Positions 10,879 through 20,144 of a stretch of 64,000 bases of DNA are shown one piece after another (the stretch's first letter is position 1; every line of letters begins with the position of its first letter). Location: NCBI GenBank assembly GCA_023436225.1, contig JAEZKA010000072.1, positions 406 through 64,405 on the forward strand, read 5' to 3'. The notes beneath the pieces were generated by a model. That model worked only from the letters and a program-made list of their open reading frames with translations. It had not been told where the DNA came from and searched no databases. This stretch comes from Bacillota bacterium (lineage in GTDB: Bacteria > Bacillota > Clostridia > Lachnospirales > Lachnospiraceae). The translations under genes and the position numbers were made by a program.

Positions 10879-11157
10879 ATGGTTAGTACAAAGATATTGA
10901 TTGATATTCCTGCAGGATTACATTTGAGACCAATCAGTGTATTATGTAATAGGGCAATTGACTTTAAAGCTACCGTAACCATTCGCCTCGGTGAGAAATC
11001 CGTTAACGCGAAAAGCGTATTGGGCGTATTATCTGCCTGTGTTAAGCATGGAGATGAGATTGATCTGATCTGTGAGGGACCGGATGAGGAAGAAGCCCTG
11101 AATATATTGAGTAATATGATAAAATGTGGACTTGGTGATGAATTTATCAAAAAGTAG
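10879..11157 (+). CDS. HPr-family phosphocarrier protein
   Basis: GLHLRP (His15 site), NAKSVLGV (Ser46 site), EGPDEEEA. Confidence 0.9.
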   Translation: MVSTKILIDIPAGLHLRPISVLCNRAIDFKATVTIRLGEKSVNAKSVLGVLSACVKHGDEIDLICEGPDEEEALNILSNMIKCGLGDEFIKK

Positions 11158-11517
11158 TTGTAAAAGATTTTCCATAATGATATAATGAAGGTCACTATCA
11201 AAGGCTTTATAGTCAGTGAGTGGCCTTTCCTATTTACTTCCTAAAAATGGGAAGTCGATACTTTTGATTATATGATACAAAAAATTTCTGCGAAGCTGTT
11301 ATTTTATGTATATAAGAATACATAACATCGTTTGATTTATTTATTACATTGATAGTTACTAATTTTTGAAATATATTCAAAACACCATGTAGACAGCGAT
11401 ATTACCATAGGGCTTTATCAGCTATCTTGTGGTGTACTCCTAGCCATTGACTTCAACGGAGTAAAGCGTTAATCCGCTGTCCATGCAATGGATTGGACTG
11501 TTAAACTATAGAGAAAG

Positions 11518-11715
11518 TATAGAAAAGCGTCTGCGAAGCGGATGCTTTTCTATAAATACAAGATACATAAAATATCAGCGAAGCGGATATTTATGAATAC
11601 AAGATACTTAAATATCAGCGAAGCGGATATTTATGAATACAAGATACAAAAATATCTGTGAAACAGATATTTATGAATACAAGATACAAAAATATCTGCA
11701 AAGCGGATATTTATA
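11518..11715 (+). repeat. Tandem array of four 40-41 bp hairpin-containing units plus a leading related hairpin
   Basis: Units start at 11555, 11596, 11636 and 11676; consensus AATACAAGATAC..AAATATC(A/T)GCGAAGCGGATATTTATG. Confidence 0.95.
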
Positions 11716-11869
11716 TATATAAAAGGAAAGGAATTGATGTCGTTGGGACTCGAGTAGATAATACCAAGTTATTTATTATCAAGTTATACAGCGTGATATA
11801 TCGACTCCGTCGTTAATGTGATGTTATTTGTTTGAAAGGAACTATCATATTAATCAGGAGGATGTTATT

Positions 11870-13537
11870 ATGTTGAATTTTAAAAGATATCAGAGGAACC
11901 CGATTGTAGCCTTGTCAGATAGACAATGGCCGTGCAAACAGATTGAAAAGGCACCCATTTGGTGCAGCGTGGATTTAAGAGATGGTAATCAGGCATTAAT
12001 CGAGCCTATGGTGGTTGAAGAGAAGGTAGAATTCTTTCAATTATTAGTAAAGTTGGGCTTTAAAGAGATAGAAGTAGGTTTTCCCTCTGCTTCACAGATT
12101 GAGTTTGATTTCTTAAGACAGTTGGTTGACCGGAAATTGATTCCGGAAGATGTTACCATTCAGGTTCTGGTACAATGCAGAGAGCATTTACTGAAAAGAA
12201 CCTTTGAATCATTGGAGGGTGTAAAACGTGCAATAGTGCATATTTATAACTCTACCTCTACCTTACAAAGAGACGTAGTATTTCATATGTCCAAGGAAGA
12301 AATCAAGCAGATTGCGATTGAGGGAACAAAACTGGTGAAGGAATATGCGAAGAATTTTCCGGGAGAGATAATTCTGGAATATTCACCGGAGAGCTTTAGT
12401 GGAACGGAAGTAGATTATGCCTTAGAAATCTGTAGTGCTGTGCAGGATATCTGGGAACCTACCCCTGAGAAGAAGATTATCATTAATCTCCCAGCAACGG
12501 TTGAGATGAATACACCGAATGTATACGCTGATCAGATTGAGTGGATGAGTCGAAATTTTAAAGACCGGGATTCAATTATTTTAAGTGTCCACCCTCATAA
12601 TGATCGTGGCACAGGTGTTGCGATTGCTGAGTTGGCAATACTGGCTGGTGCTGACAGAGTGGAAGGAACCTTATTTGGTAATGGTGAAAGAACGGGTAAT
12701 GTTGATATCTTAACCTTAGCATACAACATGTTTTCGCAGGGGATTGATCCTGTGCTGGATATTGATAATATTAACGATATTATAGAAGCGTATGAACGTC
12801 TTTGCAAGATGAGAGTACATGAAAGACATCCATATGCAGGCAAATTGGTATTTACTGCATTCTCTGGTTCTCATCAGGATGCGATTAATAAGGGTATTCA
12901 GGCGATGAAAGAGCGTAACAGTACCTTCTGGGCTGTTCCCTATCTTCCCATCGATCCTTCGGACATCGGAAGGCAGTATGAACCGATTGTTCGTATTAAC
13001 AGCCAGTCCGGTAAGGGTGGAGTTGCCTTTATTATGGAGAATTACTTCGGCTTCAAGCTGCCTAAGGGTATGCATAAGGAATTTGCGGATGTGATTCAAA
13101 AATTATCCGAGACTCAGGGAGAGATTTCACCGGATCAGATTATGAATGAATTCAAGGCTTGCTATCTGGAGAGGAAGGAGCCTTTACACTTTAATAAATG
13201 TAGGACCTGGGATAATACCGATCGTGATGAAGCTTGTACCAGTGCTGAGGTCACTTACTCCAACAGTGGGATGGAGAAGACCTTTACTGCTACAGGGAAC
13301 GGACCGATTGATGCTGTACAGAGAGGCTTGATGAAGGAGCTTGGTATTGAAATCAAAGTTCTCGACTATACTGAGCATGCCCTTGGTGGAGGAGCAAATG
13401 CACAGGCTGCAGCATATATTCATATGCTTGATATGAAGACCGGAAGAACGACCTTCGGTGTTGGTGTGAGCTCCAATATTACAAGAGCTTCTATTCGTGC
13501 AATCTTCAGTGCACTGAATCGCTTGGGGTTGAATTAA
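11870..13537 (+). CDS. leuA: 2-isopropylmalate synthase (type 2)
   Basis: WCSVDLRDGNQAL, HPHNDRG, GNGERTGN, RINSQSGKGG motifs; AGGAGG RBS. Confidence 0.95.
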   Translation: MLNFKRYQRNPIVALSDRQWPCKQIEKAPIWCSVDLRDGNQALIEPMVVEEKVEFFQLLVKLGFKEIEVGFPSASQIEFDFLRQLVDRKLIPEDVTIQVLVQCREHLLKRTFESLEGVKRAIVHIYNSTSTLQRDVVFHMSKEEIKQIAIEGTKLVKEYAKNFPGEIILEYSPESFSGTEVDYALEICSAVQDIWEPTPEKKIIINLPATVEMNTPNVYADQIEWMSRNFKDRDSIILSVHPHNDRGTGVAIAELAILAGADRVEGTLFGNGERTGNVDILTLAYNMFSQGIDPVLDIDNINDIIEAYERLCKMRVHERHPYAGKLVFTAFSGSHQDAINKGIQAMKERNSTFWAVPYLPIDPSDIGRQYEPIVRINSQSGKGGVAFIMENYFGFKLPKGMHKEFADVIQKLSETQGEISPDQIMNEFKACYLERKEPLHFNKCRTWDNTDRDEACTSAEVTYSNSGMEKTFTATGNGPIDAVQRGLMKELGIEIKVLDYTEHALGGGANAQAAAYIHMLDMKTGRTTFGVGVSSNITRASIRAIFSALNRLGLN

Positions 13538-13571
13538 AGTCTGATTAATGGATAGTGAAGAAGTTTAGTTT

Positions 13572-13604
13572 TAGGGGGGGTGTTGTAAACACCCCCCTAT
13601 TTTT
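13572..13604 (+). terminator. Intrinsic terminator after leuA
   Basis: TAGGGGGGGTGTT..AACACCCCCCTA followed by TTTTT. Confidence 0.85.
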
Positions 13605-13896
13605 GTTGTAGTGTGTCCAGCGAAGCTGGACTACACTCGCCACGGAATGCAGTATTGCATGTATTCATTTGGTTGGCTTGCCCTTGTCGTCGGCTGGTCT
13701 TGCTATTAGTAATTCGATGTCGATTCGGGTATTGGAATAGGGAGTGGGGGGATTGAAGATTATATATTGCCTAGGAAGTGATGCGGTTTAAAATTACACT
13801 GATTAAGATTGGATATTGATTGTTAAAAGGAGCTTTTTTAGGCAAGAATCAATATATTGAAAGATGTTTTGGAATCAGAGGGAGAGGGGGCTAAAC

Positions 13897-13925
13897 TTGA
13901 CTATCCTTCCTTAAAATGCTATAAT
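13897..13925 (+). promoter_or_regulatory. Sigma-A promoter of the tag-like cluster
   Basis: TTGACT-17 bp-TATAAT with extended TG. Confidence 0.75.
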
Positions 13926-13984
13926 TCCTATGCTGTGGTTTCTGGATGATGAGATGATTCCAAAATACATGGAGGACTGAAATT

Positions 13985-16408
13985 ATGAAAACAAGTATTA
14001 TTATTCCTTATCATAAAGGAGAAGCTTATCTTAAAGACTGCTTAGATAGTCTTAAAGATCAAACCGGCAGTGATATGGAAATACTTCTGATCTGTGATCA
14101 TGTGGATGAGAAGGAGCTTGAATGTCTTTCGGACTATGAAGAATTATCAATTCAAGTCTATTACCTGCAGAATAAAACCGGTGTTGCGGCAGCCAGAAAT
14201 CTTGGGCTCGATAAGGCAACTGGTGATTATGTTTATTTTTTGGACAGTGATGATTATTTATACGGAAATACCATAGAAAATTTAGTTCTTGCAGCGCAGG
14301 AACGGGACGATGATATCGTATATGGTAAGAAAAAGTCTACCTGGTTTGGCAGGAGTGTTTTCCTAACACAAAAGCAGGAGCAGGAAACCGGTGACGAAGA
14401 AGAGGAAATCGAAGCAAGTTCTGCAGATTCCGCAGAATTGCGGGCTGAGAATAATGTTGAAGACGGTAGTACGGAAGATGGTACTCGTCATGATGAAGCT
14501 GATGATGGAGAAAGCTCCGATGATACATCGGTCGATCATGATATACCGGATGATTCTGAGGAGTATTGTAAGTCGGACAAGGAAAAAGCAGAAGAGTCCG
14601 AACAATCGGAAGAAACTCTTTCGGAAGAAGAATTGCTTCGATTAAAGGAAGTACGGATTAGGCAAGCATACCGCATATTGGTAGCTAAGCGTAAGGGTGT
14701 TCGTAATATATCGGTACTGAATATTTTATTTAAGAGAAGCTTTTTGGAAGAGAATAAGCTTCGATTCTCAGAAAATTTGGTTTACATGTCCGACGTACCG
14801 TTTCTTATGGAAGCGCTGTCTAAGACAGAGAAGCTGCGCAAACGCTTATCTGCTATGTATATTAAGAGAAAGCATAATGACACTATTAATTTTCCATCTC
14901 TATCTCAGATTAAAGATCCAAATCGTTTTTATGAATTCTTGGATACTTATTATGAAACCACGCAGAAAATTCCAAGGGATTCTGAATTAAGAAACCATTT
15001 TGACAGAAAATACATCTCTTACTATACCAGAGTCTATGCTCCAAAGCTTAAGCGTAGCAATAATCCTGTATGGCAGGAAGATAATTTCATAAGCATGAGT
15101 AATATAATAAGCCAGATGAACCCGGAGGTTATTAAAGCTCAGAAGGGTTATAAAAAGCGAATTATCAACGCTTTGATTAAAAAGAATGTGGTTGCATCCC
15201 GGCGGATAGTAACAATTCATCTAGCTTACCGAAAGCTAAAAAGAATTCTAAAAAGTAAAAAGGCATTCTATAAGACACTATATAATCGTATATTCCTGAA
15301 ACGTCCGATTCTTACAGATACCATTCTTTTTGAGAGCTTCTTTGGAAAGAATTATTCAGATAGTCCAAAATACATTTACGAATATATCTCAAAGAATAAA
15401 CCTAATAAATATAAGTGTGTTTGGGTTATTGATAAGAAGGGGACGAAAATTCCTTTTAAACATAAGAAGATTAAGAGATATTCCCTTTGGTATTATTTTT
15501 ACCTTGCGCGTAGTAAATATTTTGTATTTAATGGCAGGCAGCCGGAATGGGCAGTGAAGAGAAAAGGTAGTATTTTTCTCCAGACCTGGCATGGTACTCC
15601 ACTTAAAAAGCTGGTTTTTGATATGGATGATATTACCTCGGCATCGCCAAAATATAAGCAGCAGGTGTATAAGCAGTCACGTGCCTGGGATTATTTAATT
15701 TCACCCAATGCCTTCTGTAGTGAGATCTTCCCTAGATGCTTCATGTATAGGAATAACCTATTGGAAACCGGTTATCCGAGAAATGATATTATGCATGCAA
15801 AGGACAGAGATGAGATTGCTGTTAGAATTCGAAAACAGTTAGGGGTTCCTCTAGACAAGAAAACCATCCTCTATGCACCTACCTGGAGGGATGATGAGTT
15901 TTATGGTAAAGGGCGATATAAATTTGAATTACAATTAGACCTTAAGAGAATGCAAGAATGTCTTGGCGACCAGTACGTGGTTTTGCTTCGTACTCATTAC
16001 TTCATCGCAGATTCTTTGGATGTAGGCTCTTATGGTGGGTTTGCATATAATGTAAGTAAATATGATGATATTTCAGAGCTATATCTGATCTCGGATATTT
16101 TGATTACGGATTATTCCTCAGTATTCTTTGATTATGCAAATTTAAAACGGCCGATGCTGTTCTATACCTATGATCTGGAGAAGTACAGGGATATCCTTAG
16201 AGGCTTCTATCTGGATATCGAGAAGGAAGTACCCGGTCCACTATTATATACAACGGATGAGGTAATTGATGCGGTCAAAAATATTGATGAGGTGGCTCGT
16301 AATTATAAACAAAGATATGAGGAATTCTACCACAGATTTTGTGAATGGGAAGATGGACATGCTGCAGAAAAAGTGGTAAAATCAGTCTTTATGAATAGTG
16401 AAAAATAA
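13985..16408 (+). CDS. Bifunctional GT2 glycosyltransferase / CDP-glycerol glycerophosphotransferase (TagF-like)
   Basis: N-terminal SIIIP..ARNLGL..FLDSDD; C-terminal QTWHGTPLKK, GYPRND, LYAPTWRD, LITDYSSV. Confidence 0.9.
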   Translation: MKTSIIIPYHKGEAYLKDCLDSLKDQTGSDMEILLICDHVDEKELECLSDYEELSIQVYYLQNKTGVAAARNLGLDKATGDYVYFLDSDDYLYGNTIENLVLAAQERDDDIVYGKKKSTWFGRSVFLTQKQEQETGDEEEEIEASSADSAELRAENNVEDGSTEDGTRHDEADDGESSDDTSVDHDIPDDSEEYCKSDKEKAEESEQSEETLSEEELLRLKEVRIRQAYRILVAKRKGVRNISVLNILFKRSFLEENKLRFSENLVYMSDVPFLMEALSKTEKLRKRLSAMYIKRKHNDTINFPSLSQIKDPNRFYEFLDTYYETTQKIPRDSELRNHFDRKYISYYTRVYAPKLKRSNNPVWQEDNFISMSNIISQMNPEVIKAQKGYKKRIINALIKKNVVASRRIVTIHLAYRKLKRILKSKKAFYKTLYNRIFLKRPILTDTILFESFFGKNYSDSPKYIYEYISKNKPNKYKCVWVIDKKGTKIPFKHKKIKRYSLWYYFYLARSKYFVFNGRQPEWAVKRKGSIFLQTWHGTPLKKLVFDMDDITSASPKYKQQVYKQSRAWDYLISPNAFCSEIFPRCFMYRNNLLETGYPRNDIMHAKDRDEIAVRIRKQLGVPLDKKTILYAPTWRDDEFYGKGRYKFELQLDLKRMQECLGDQYVVLLRTHYFIADSLDVGSYGGFAYNVSKYDDISELYLISDILITDYSSVFFDYANLKRPMLFYTYDLEKYRDILRGFYLDIEKEVPGPLLYTTDEVIDAVKNIDEVARNYKQRYEEFYHRFCEWEDGHAAEKVVKSVFMNSEK

Positions 16409-16638
16409 AGCTGTTCACACTTAGTTGTCTGTGCCTATGTTATCCCAAATTGTATGGAACACTTGGCACAATTTAAGGGTAGGTATGTTATGTGAGCGTG
16501 TATTTAAAGAGCAGGCAATGAGCTTTAGTTATATTAGTTATTATATTTCATATGAGTGCGAAGGAGTCAGTCGGATCGATTTACGACGGTAAGGAGTGAT
16601 TATGACTGCTTTTCAAGGGGTAGCACGGGAGGTAACGA

Positions 16639-17418
16639 GTGAAGAGTGCATGGTTAAATTTTACTAAATACCGATTTTTACTGGGGGAACTGGTGAAGAA
16701 GGATATAAAACTGAAATACCGCAGGTCTTATCTGGGTATTTTTTGGACGTTATTGGAGCCGATATTAACAACGATTGTATTAGCGTTTGTTTTTGGTAAA
16801 ATGCGTGGGGTTAGAGATGCTCAGTTTCCGGTATATATCCTGACCGGCCGATTACTGTATACCTTTTATTCGAATTCAACGAAATCGGCTATGAAATCCA
16901 TCCGCAGCAACAGTGCTATGATAAAGAAGGTATATATACCGAAATACATGTATCCCTTTTCAACCGTTTTGTCAAATTATATTATATTTTTAATCTCTTT
17001 AATTGTATTATTTGGAGCATTAATTGTGTTCGGGATTATGCCAACAATCTATATACTACAATCAATTGTACCATTATTTTTGGTTTTGATATTAGCGATT
17101 GGTTCCGGTATGCTGTTAGCGACCTTAGCAGTATTTTTCAGAGACATGGAGTATCTATGGAGTGTCGCATTGATGATTATCATGTATACCTGTGCCATAT
17201 TCTATCGTATCGATGATCTTAAACTTGGTGCACAAGAAATATGGGTATTTAAGTTGAACCCACTCTACGTCATCATCGATACCTTCCGAAGTGCGGTATT
17301 TGGAGCTCCTATGAATCAGACTACCTTGATATTGTCGGTGATTTATAGCTTTGGATCCCTGTTTATTGGTGTGCTGCTATTTTATCGTAAGCAGGATAAT
17401 TTCATTCTGAATATTTAA
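16639..17418 (+). CDS. ABC-2 polymer export permease (TagG/Wzm-like)
   Basis: DIKLKYRRSYLGIFWTLLEP, six TM segments, LNPL motif. Confidence 0.9.
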   Translation: MKSAWLNFTKYRFLLGELVKKDIKLKYRRSYLGIFWTLLEPILTTIVLAFVFGKMRGVRDAQFPVYILTGRLLYTFYSNSTKSAMKSIRSNSAMIKKVYIPKYMYPFSTVLSNYIIFLISLIVLFGALIVFGIMPTIYILQSIVPLFLVLILAIGSGMLLATLAVFFRDMEYLWSVALMIIMYTCAIFYRIDDLKLGAQEIWVFKLNPLYVIIDTFRSAVFGAPMNQTTLILSVIYSFGSLFIGVLLFYRKQDNFILNI

Positions 17419-17456
17419 GTATAGAAGTATGGTTGCAGCATAGAACGGAGGATTTC

Positions 17457-18200
17457 GTGAAAGAACAAGTATTAGTGGTTGATAACGTCAGTATGAAATT
17501 TAACCTGATGGAGAATAAAGTTGATAATCTGAAAGAATATTTTATAAAGATGCTTAAGAACGAGCTGAGATATCAAGAGTTCTGGGCATTGCATAATGTC
17601 TCCTTTACGTTGAATAAAGGTGACCGCCTTGGGATTCTGGGCTTAAACGGTGCCGGAAAGAGTACCTTGTTGAAAATTATCGCAGGAGTACTTAAGGCGA
17701 CTGAGGGCAGTGTGTCCATCAAAGGTAAGATTGTTCCGCTGCTTGAGCTTGGAGCAGGCTTTGATCCCCAGTATACCGGAGCGGAGAATATCTATCTCTA
17801 TGGTGCGGTACTGGGATATCCCAGAGATTTTATCAGGGAGAAATACAACGAGATTGTGGAGTTTTCTGAGTTAGGTGACTTTATCAATGTTCCGGTGAAG
17901 AATTATTCCTCTGGTATGAAAGCAAGGCTTGGGTTTTCCATTGCTACCATAGTGAAGCCAGAGATATTAATTCTGGATGAGGTTCTAGCAGTCGGAGATG
18001 CAAAGTTTAGAAAGAAAAGTGAGAAGAAGATAAAGGATATGTTCGACAGCGGAGTTACGGTGTTGTTCGTATCTCACTCACTGGAACAGGTAAATCGTCT
18101 CTGTAACTGTGCAATACTACTTGAGAAGGGTCGATTGATCGCCAAGGGAAAAGTAAGTGATGTCAGTACCATATACGAAGCCAAGATCAATGAATTATAA
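17457..18200 (+). CDS. ABC polymer export ATPase (TagH/Wzt-like)
   Basis: GLNGAGKST, YSSGMKARL, LILDEVLAVGD; GTG start after GGAGG. Confidence 0.9.
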   Translation: MKEQVLVVDNVSMKFNLMENKVDNLKEYFIKMLKNELRYQEFWALHNVSFTLNKGDRLGILGLNGAGKSTLLKIIAGVLKATEGSVSIKGKIVPLLELGAGFDPQYTGAENIYLYGAVLGYPRDFIREKYNEIVEFSELGDFINVPVKNYSSGMKARLGFSIATIVKPEILILDEVLAVGDAKFRKKSEKKIKDMFDSGVTVLFVSHSLEQVNRLCNCAILLEKGRLIAKGKVSDVSTIYEAKINEL

Positions 18201-18350
18201 TGTGGGAGAAGGGGATGGGATTTGTTACCATACCTTTAATATATCTACGGGGCAAACTATTTTGTATTAAATGAGAAGTACTTGGAGGCAAATTTGGAAG
18301 GAGGACATGCTCATAGAAAGCAGATGCTTTCGAATGGAGCATAAAAGACA

Positions 18351-18752
18351 ATGAAGAAAGTAATAACCTATGGAACTTATGACTTGCTACATGTTGGACA
18401 TATTAATTTATTAAGAAGAGCAAAAGAGTTTGGTGATTATCTTGTGGTAGTCCTGTCTTCAGATGAATTTAACGCGGTTAAGCATAAGTCCGCCTATCAT
18501 TGCTATGAGGATCGTAAGATTATTCTTGAGGCAGTAAAATATGTGGATGAAGTGATACCGGAGTATAATTGGGAACAAAAGATTAAGGATGTTGTGGATA
18601 ATCAAATCGATGTTTTCGTAATGGGTGATGACTGGAAGGGACAATTTGATTTCCTAAAGGATTATTGTGAGGTTATCTACCTCCCTCGTACGGAAGGTAT
18701 TTCTACGACAAAGATTAAGCAAGATCTTAATCTTAGTGCAAAGAAGAATTAA
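18351..18752 (+). CDS. tagD: Glycerol-3-phosphate cytidylyltransferase
   Basis: TYGTYDLLHVGH and RTEGISTT motifs. Confidence 0.95.
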   Translation: MKKVITYGTYDLLHVGHINLLRRAKEFGDYLVVVLSSDEFNAVKHKSAYHCYEDRKIILEAVKYVDEVIPEYNWEQKIKDVVDNQIDVFVMGDDWKGQFDFLKDYCEVIYLPRTEGISTTKIKQDLNLSAKKN

Positions 18753-18845
18753 ATCGCCTGCAGACTGTAGGAAGGACTCAGCATGGAGGTTTCGATTGAG
18801 ATGCCTGACCTTTGTGCTGGGGCCTAATTTGCGGGATATAGAAGA

Positions 18846-20072
18846 ATGGAGAATGATATGAGCTTATCACCTAAGTCTATTGTGAACAATGTGATTAAGA
18901 AAGCTAAAAAGAAGCTTAAGCCAATGGTTATAAAGGGCTATAAGTTGGCCTGTAGACTTCTGCCAATAAATAAGGATATTATTCTATTTGAGAGTAATCT
19001 GGGAAGAAATTATACTGGCAACCCACGATCAATTTATGAGGAGATGGTCCGCCAGGGTTTGGATAAGAAATATCGTTGTTATTTTATCCTGGAGAATCCG
19101 GATATCCCCCTTCCCGGAACAGCCAAGGCAGTTAAGAGGACAAGGTTACGCTATTTCTATCTGTTTGCGATAGCAGGAATCTGGGTGTGTGATACCCGTT
19201 TGCCCAAGTATATTATCAAGAAACCCGGCTGTACCTATATCCAGACCTGGCATGGGACACCACTGAAGAAGCTTGCCCTTGATATGGATACGGTATTTAT
19301 GGCTGGTGAGAAGGGCATTGATAACTACAAGAAGAACTTCTATAATAATGCTCAGACATGGGATTACCTGATTTCTCAAAATCATTTTTCGACAGAGATT
19401 TTCCGTAGAGCCTTTGCCTTTGGTAAGGAGATGCTGGAAATCGGTTATCCAAGAAATGATGTACTATTTGCCAAGAATAATAGTGCAGATATAATGGAAT
19501 TAAAGAAGCAGCTAGGACTTCCTCTGAATAAGAAGATTATTCTCTATGCTCCTACCTGGCGTGATAATGAGTTCTATGGAAAAGGAAAATATAAGTTTAA
19601 TCCTCCCTTGGACTTTGGTGAGCTTCAGGACAATCTGAGTGATGAGTATGTTATGATTGTGAAGTATCATTATCTTGTGATGGATCAGGTGGATTGGACT
19701 CCTTATAAGGATTTTGTTTATTCTTGTGATTTAAGCTTTGATATTGCGGACCTGTATCTGGTATCCGATATGCTGATTACGGATTATTCCTCAGTAATGT
19801 TTGATTATAGTTTGCTTAAGAGACCTATGCTGTTCTTCTGTTATGATTTAGAGCAGTATAAAGATACCTTAAGAGGCTTCTATTTTGATTTTCTGGCAGA
19901 GGCTCCCGGACCCGTTACACTTACTACCCAGGAACTGATCACATCGATCAAGAACTATAATTCTGCACAATATAGAGAAAAGCAGGAAGCATTTTATAAT
20001 AAGTTCAATCATGCGGATGACGGTAAGGCATCCAAGAGAGTGGTTGAGTTGATCCAAAGGTTATCCCGGTAG
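18846..20072 (+). CDS. CDP-glycerol glycerophosphotransferase (TagF family)
   Basis: QTWHGTPLKK, GYPRND, YAPTWRD, ITDYSSV. Confidence 0.9.
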   Translation: MENDMSLSPKSIVNNVIKKAKKKLKPMVIKGYKLACRLLPINKDIILFESNLGRNYTGNPRSIYEEMVRQGLDKKYRCYFILENPDIPLPGTAKAVKRTRLRYFYLFAIAGIWVCDTRLPKYIIKKPGCTYIQTWHGTPLKKLALDMDTVFMAGEKGIDNYKKNFYNNAQTWDYLISQNHFSTEIFRRAFAFGKEMLEIGYPRNDVLFAKNNSADIMELKKQLGLPLNKKIILYAPTWRDNEFYGKGKYKFNPPLDFGELQDNLSDEYVMIVKYHYLVMDQVDWTPYKDFVYSCDLSFDIADLYLVSDMLITDYSSVMFDYSLLKRPMLFFCYDLEQYKDTLRGFYFDFLAEAPGPVTLTTQELITSIKNYNSAQYREKQEAFYNKFNHADDGKASKRVVELIQRLSR

Positions 20073-20144
20073 TGATGCTCTCTCTGTACGTGAGGCCAAT
20101 ACATAGATACCTTAATTCGAAGAGGACCTATAGGAGTATCATTA

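Noticed and set aside
11555..11715. CRISPR array interpretation of the 40-bp repeats
   Set aside because: Units are near-identical along their whole length with no unique spacers, and no cas genes are in the window
11160..11870. T-box riboswitch upstream of leuA (also sought before liv and thrC)
   Set aside because: No GGTGGNACC-type T-box motif with an adjacent terminator could be found
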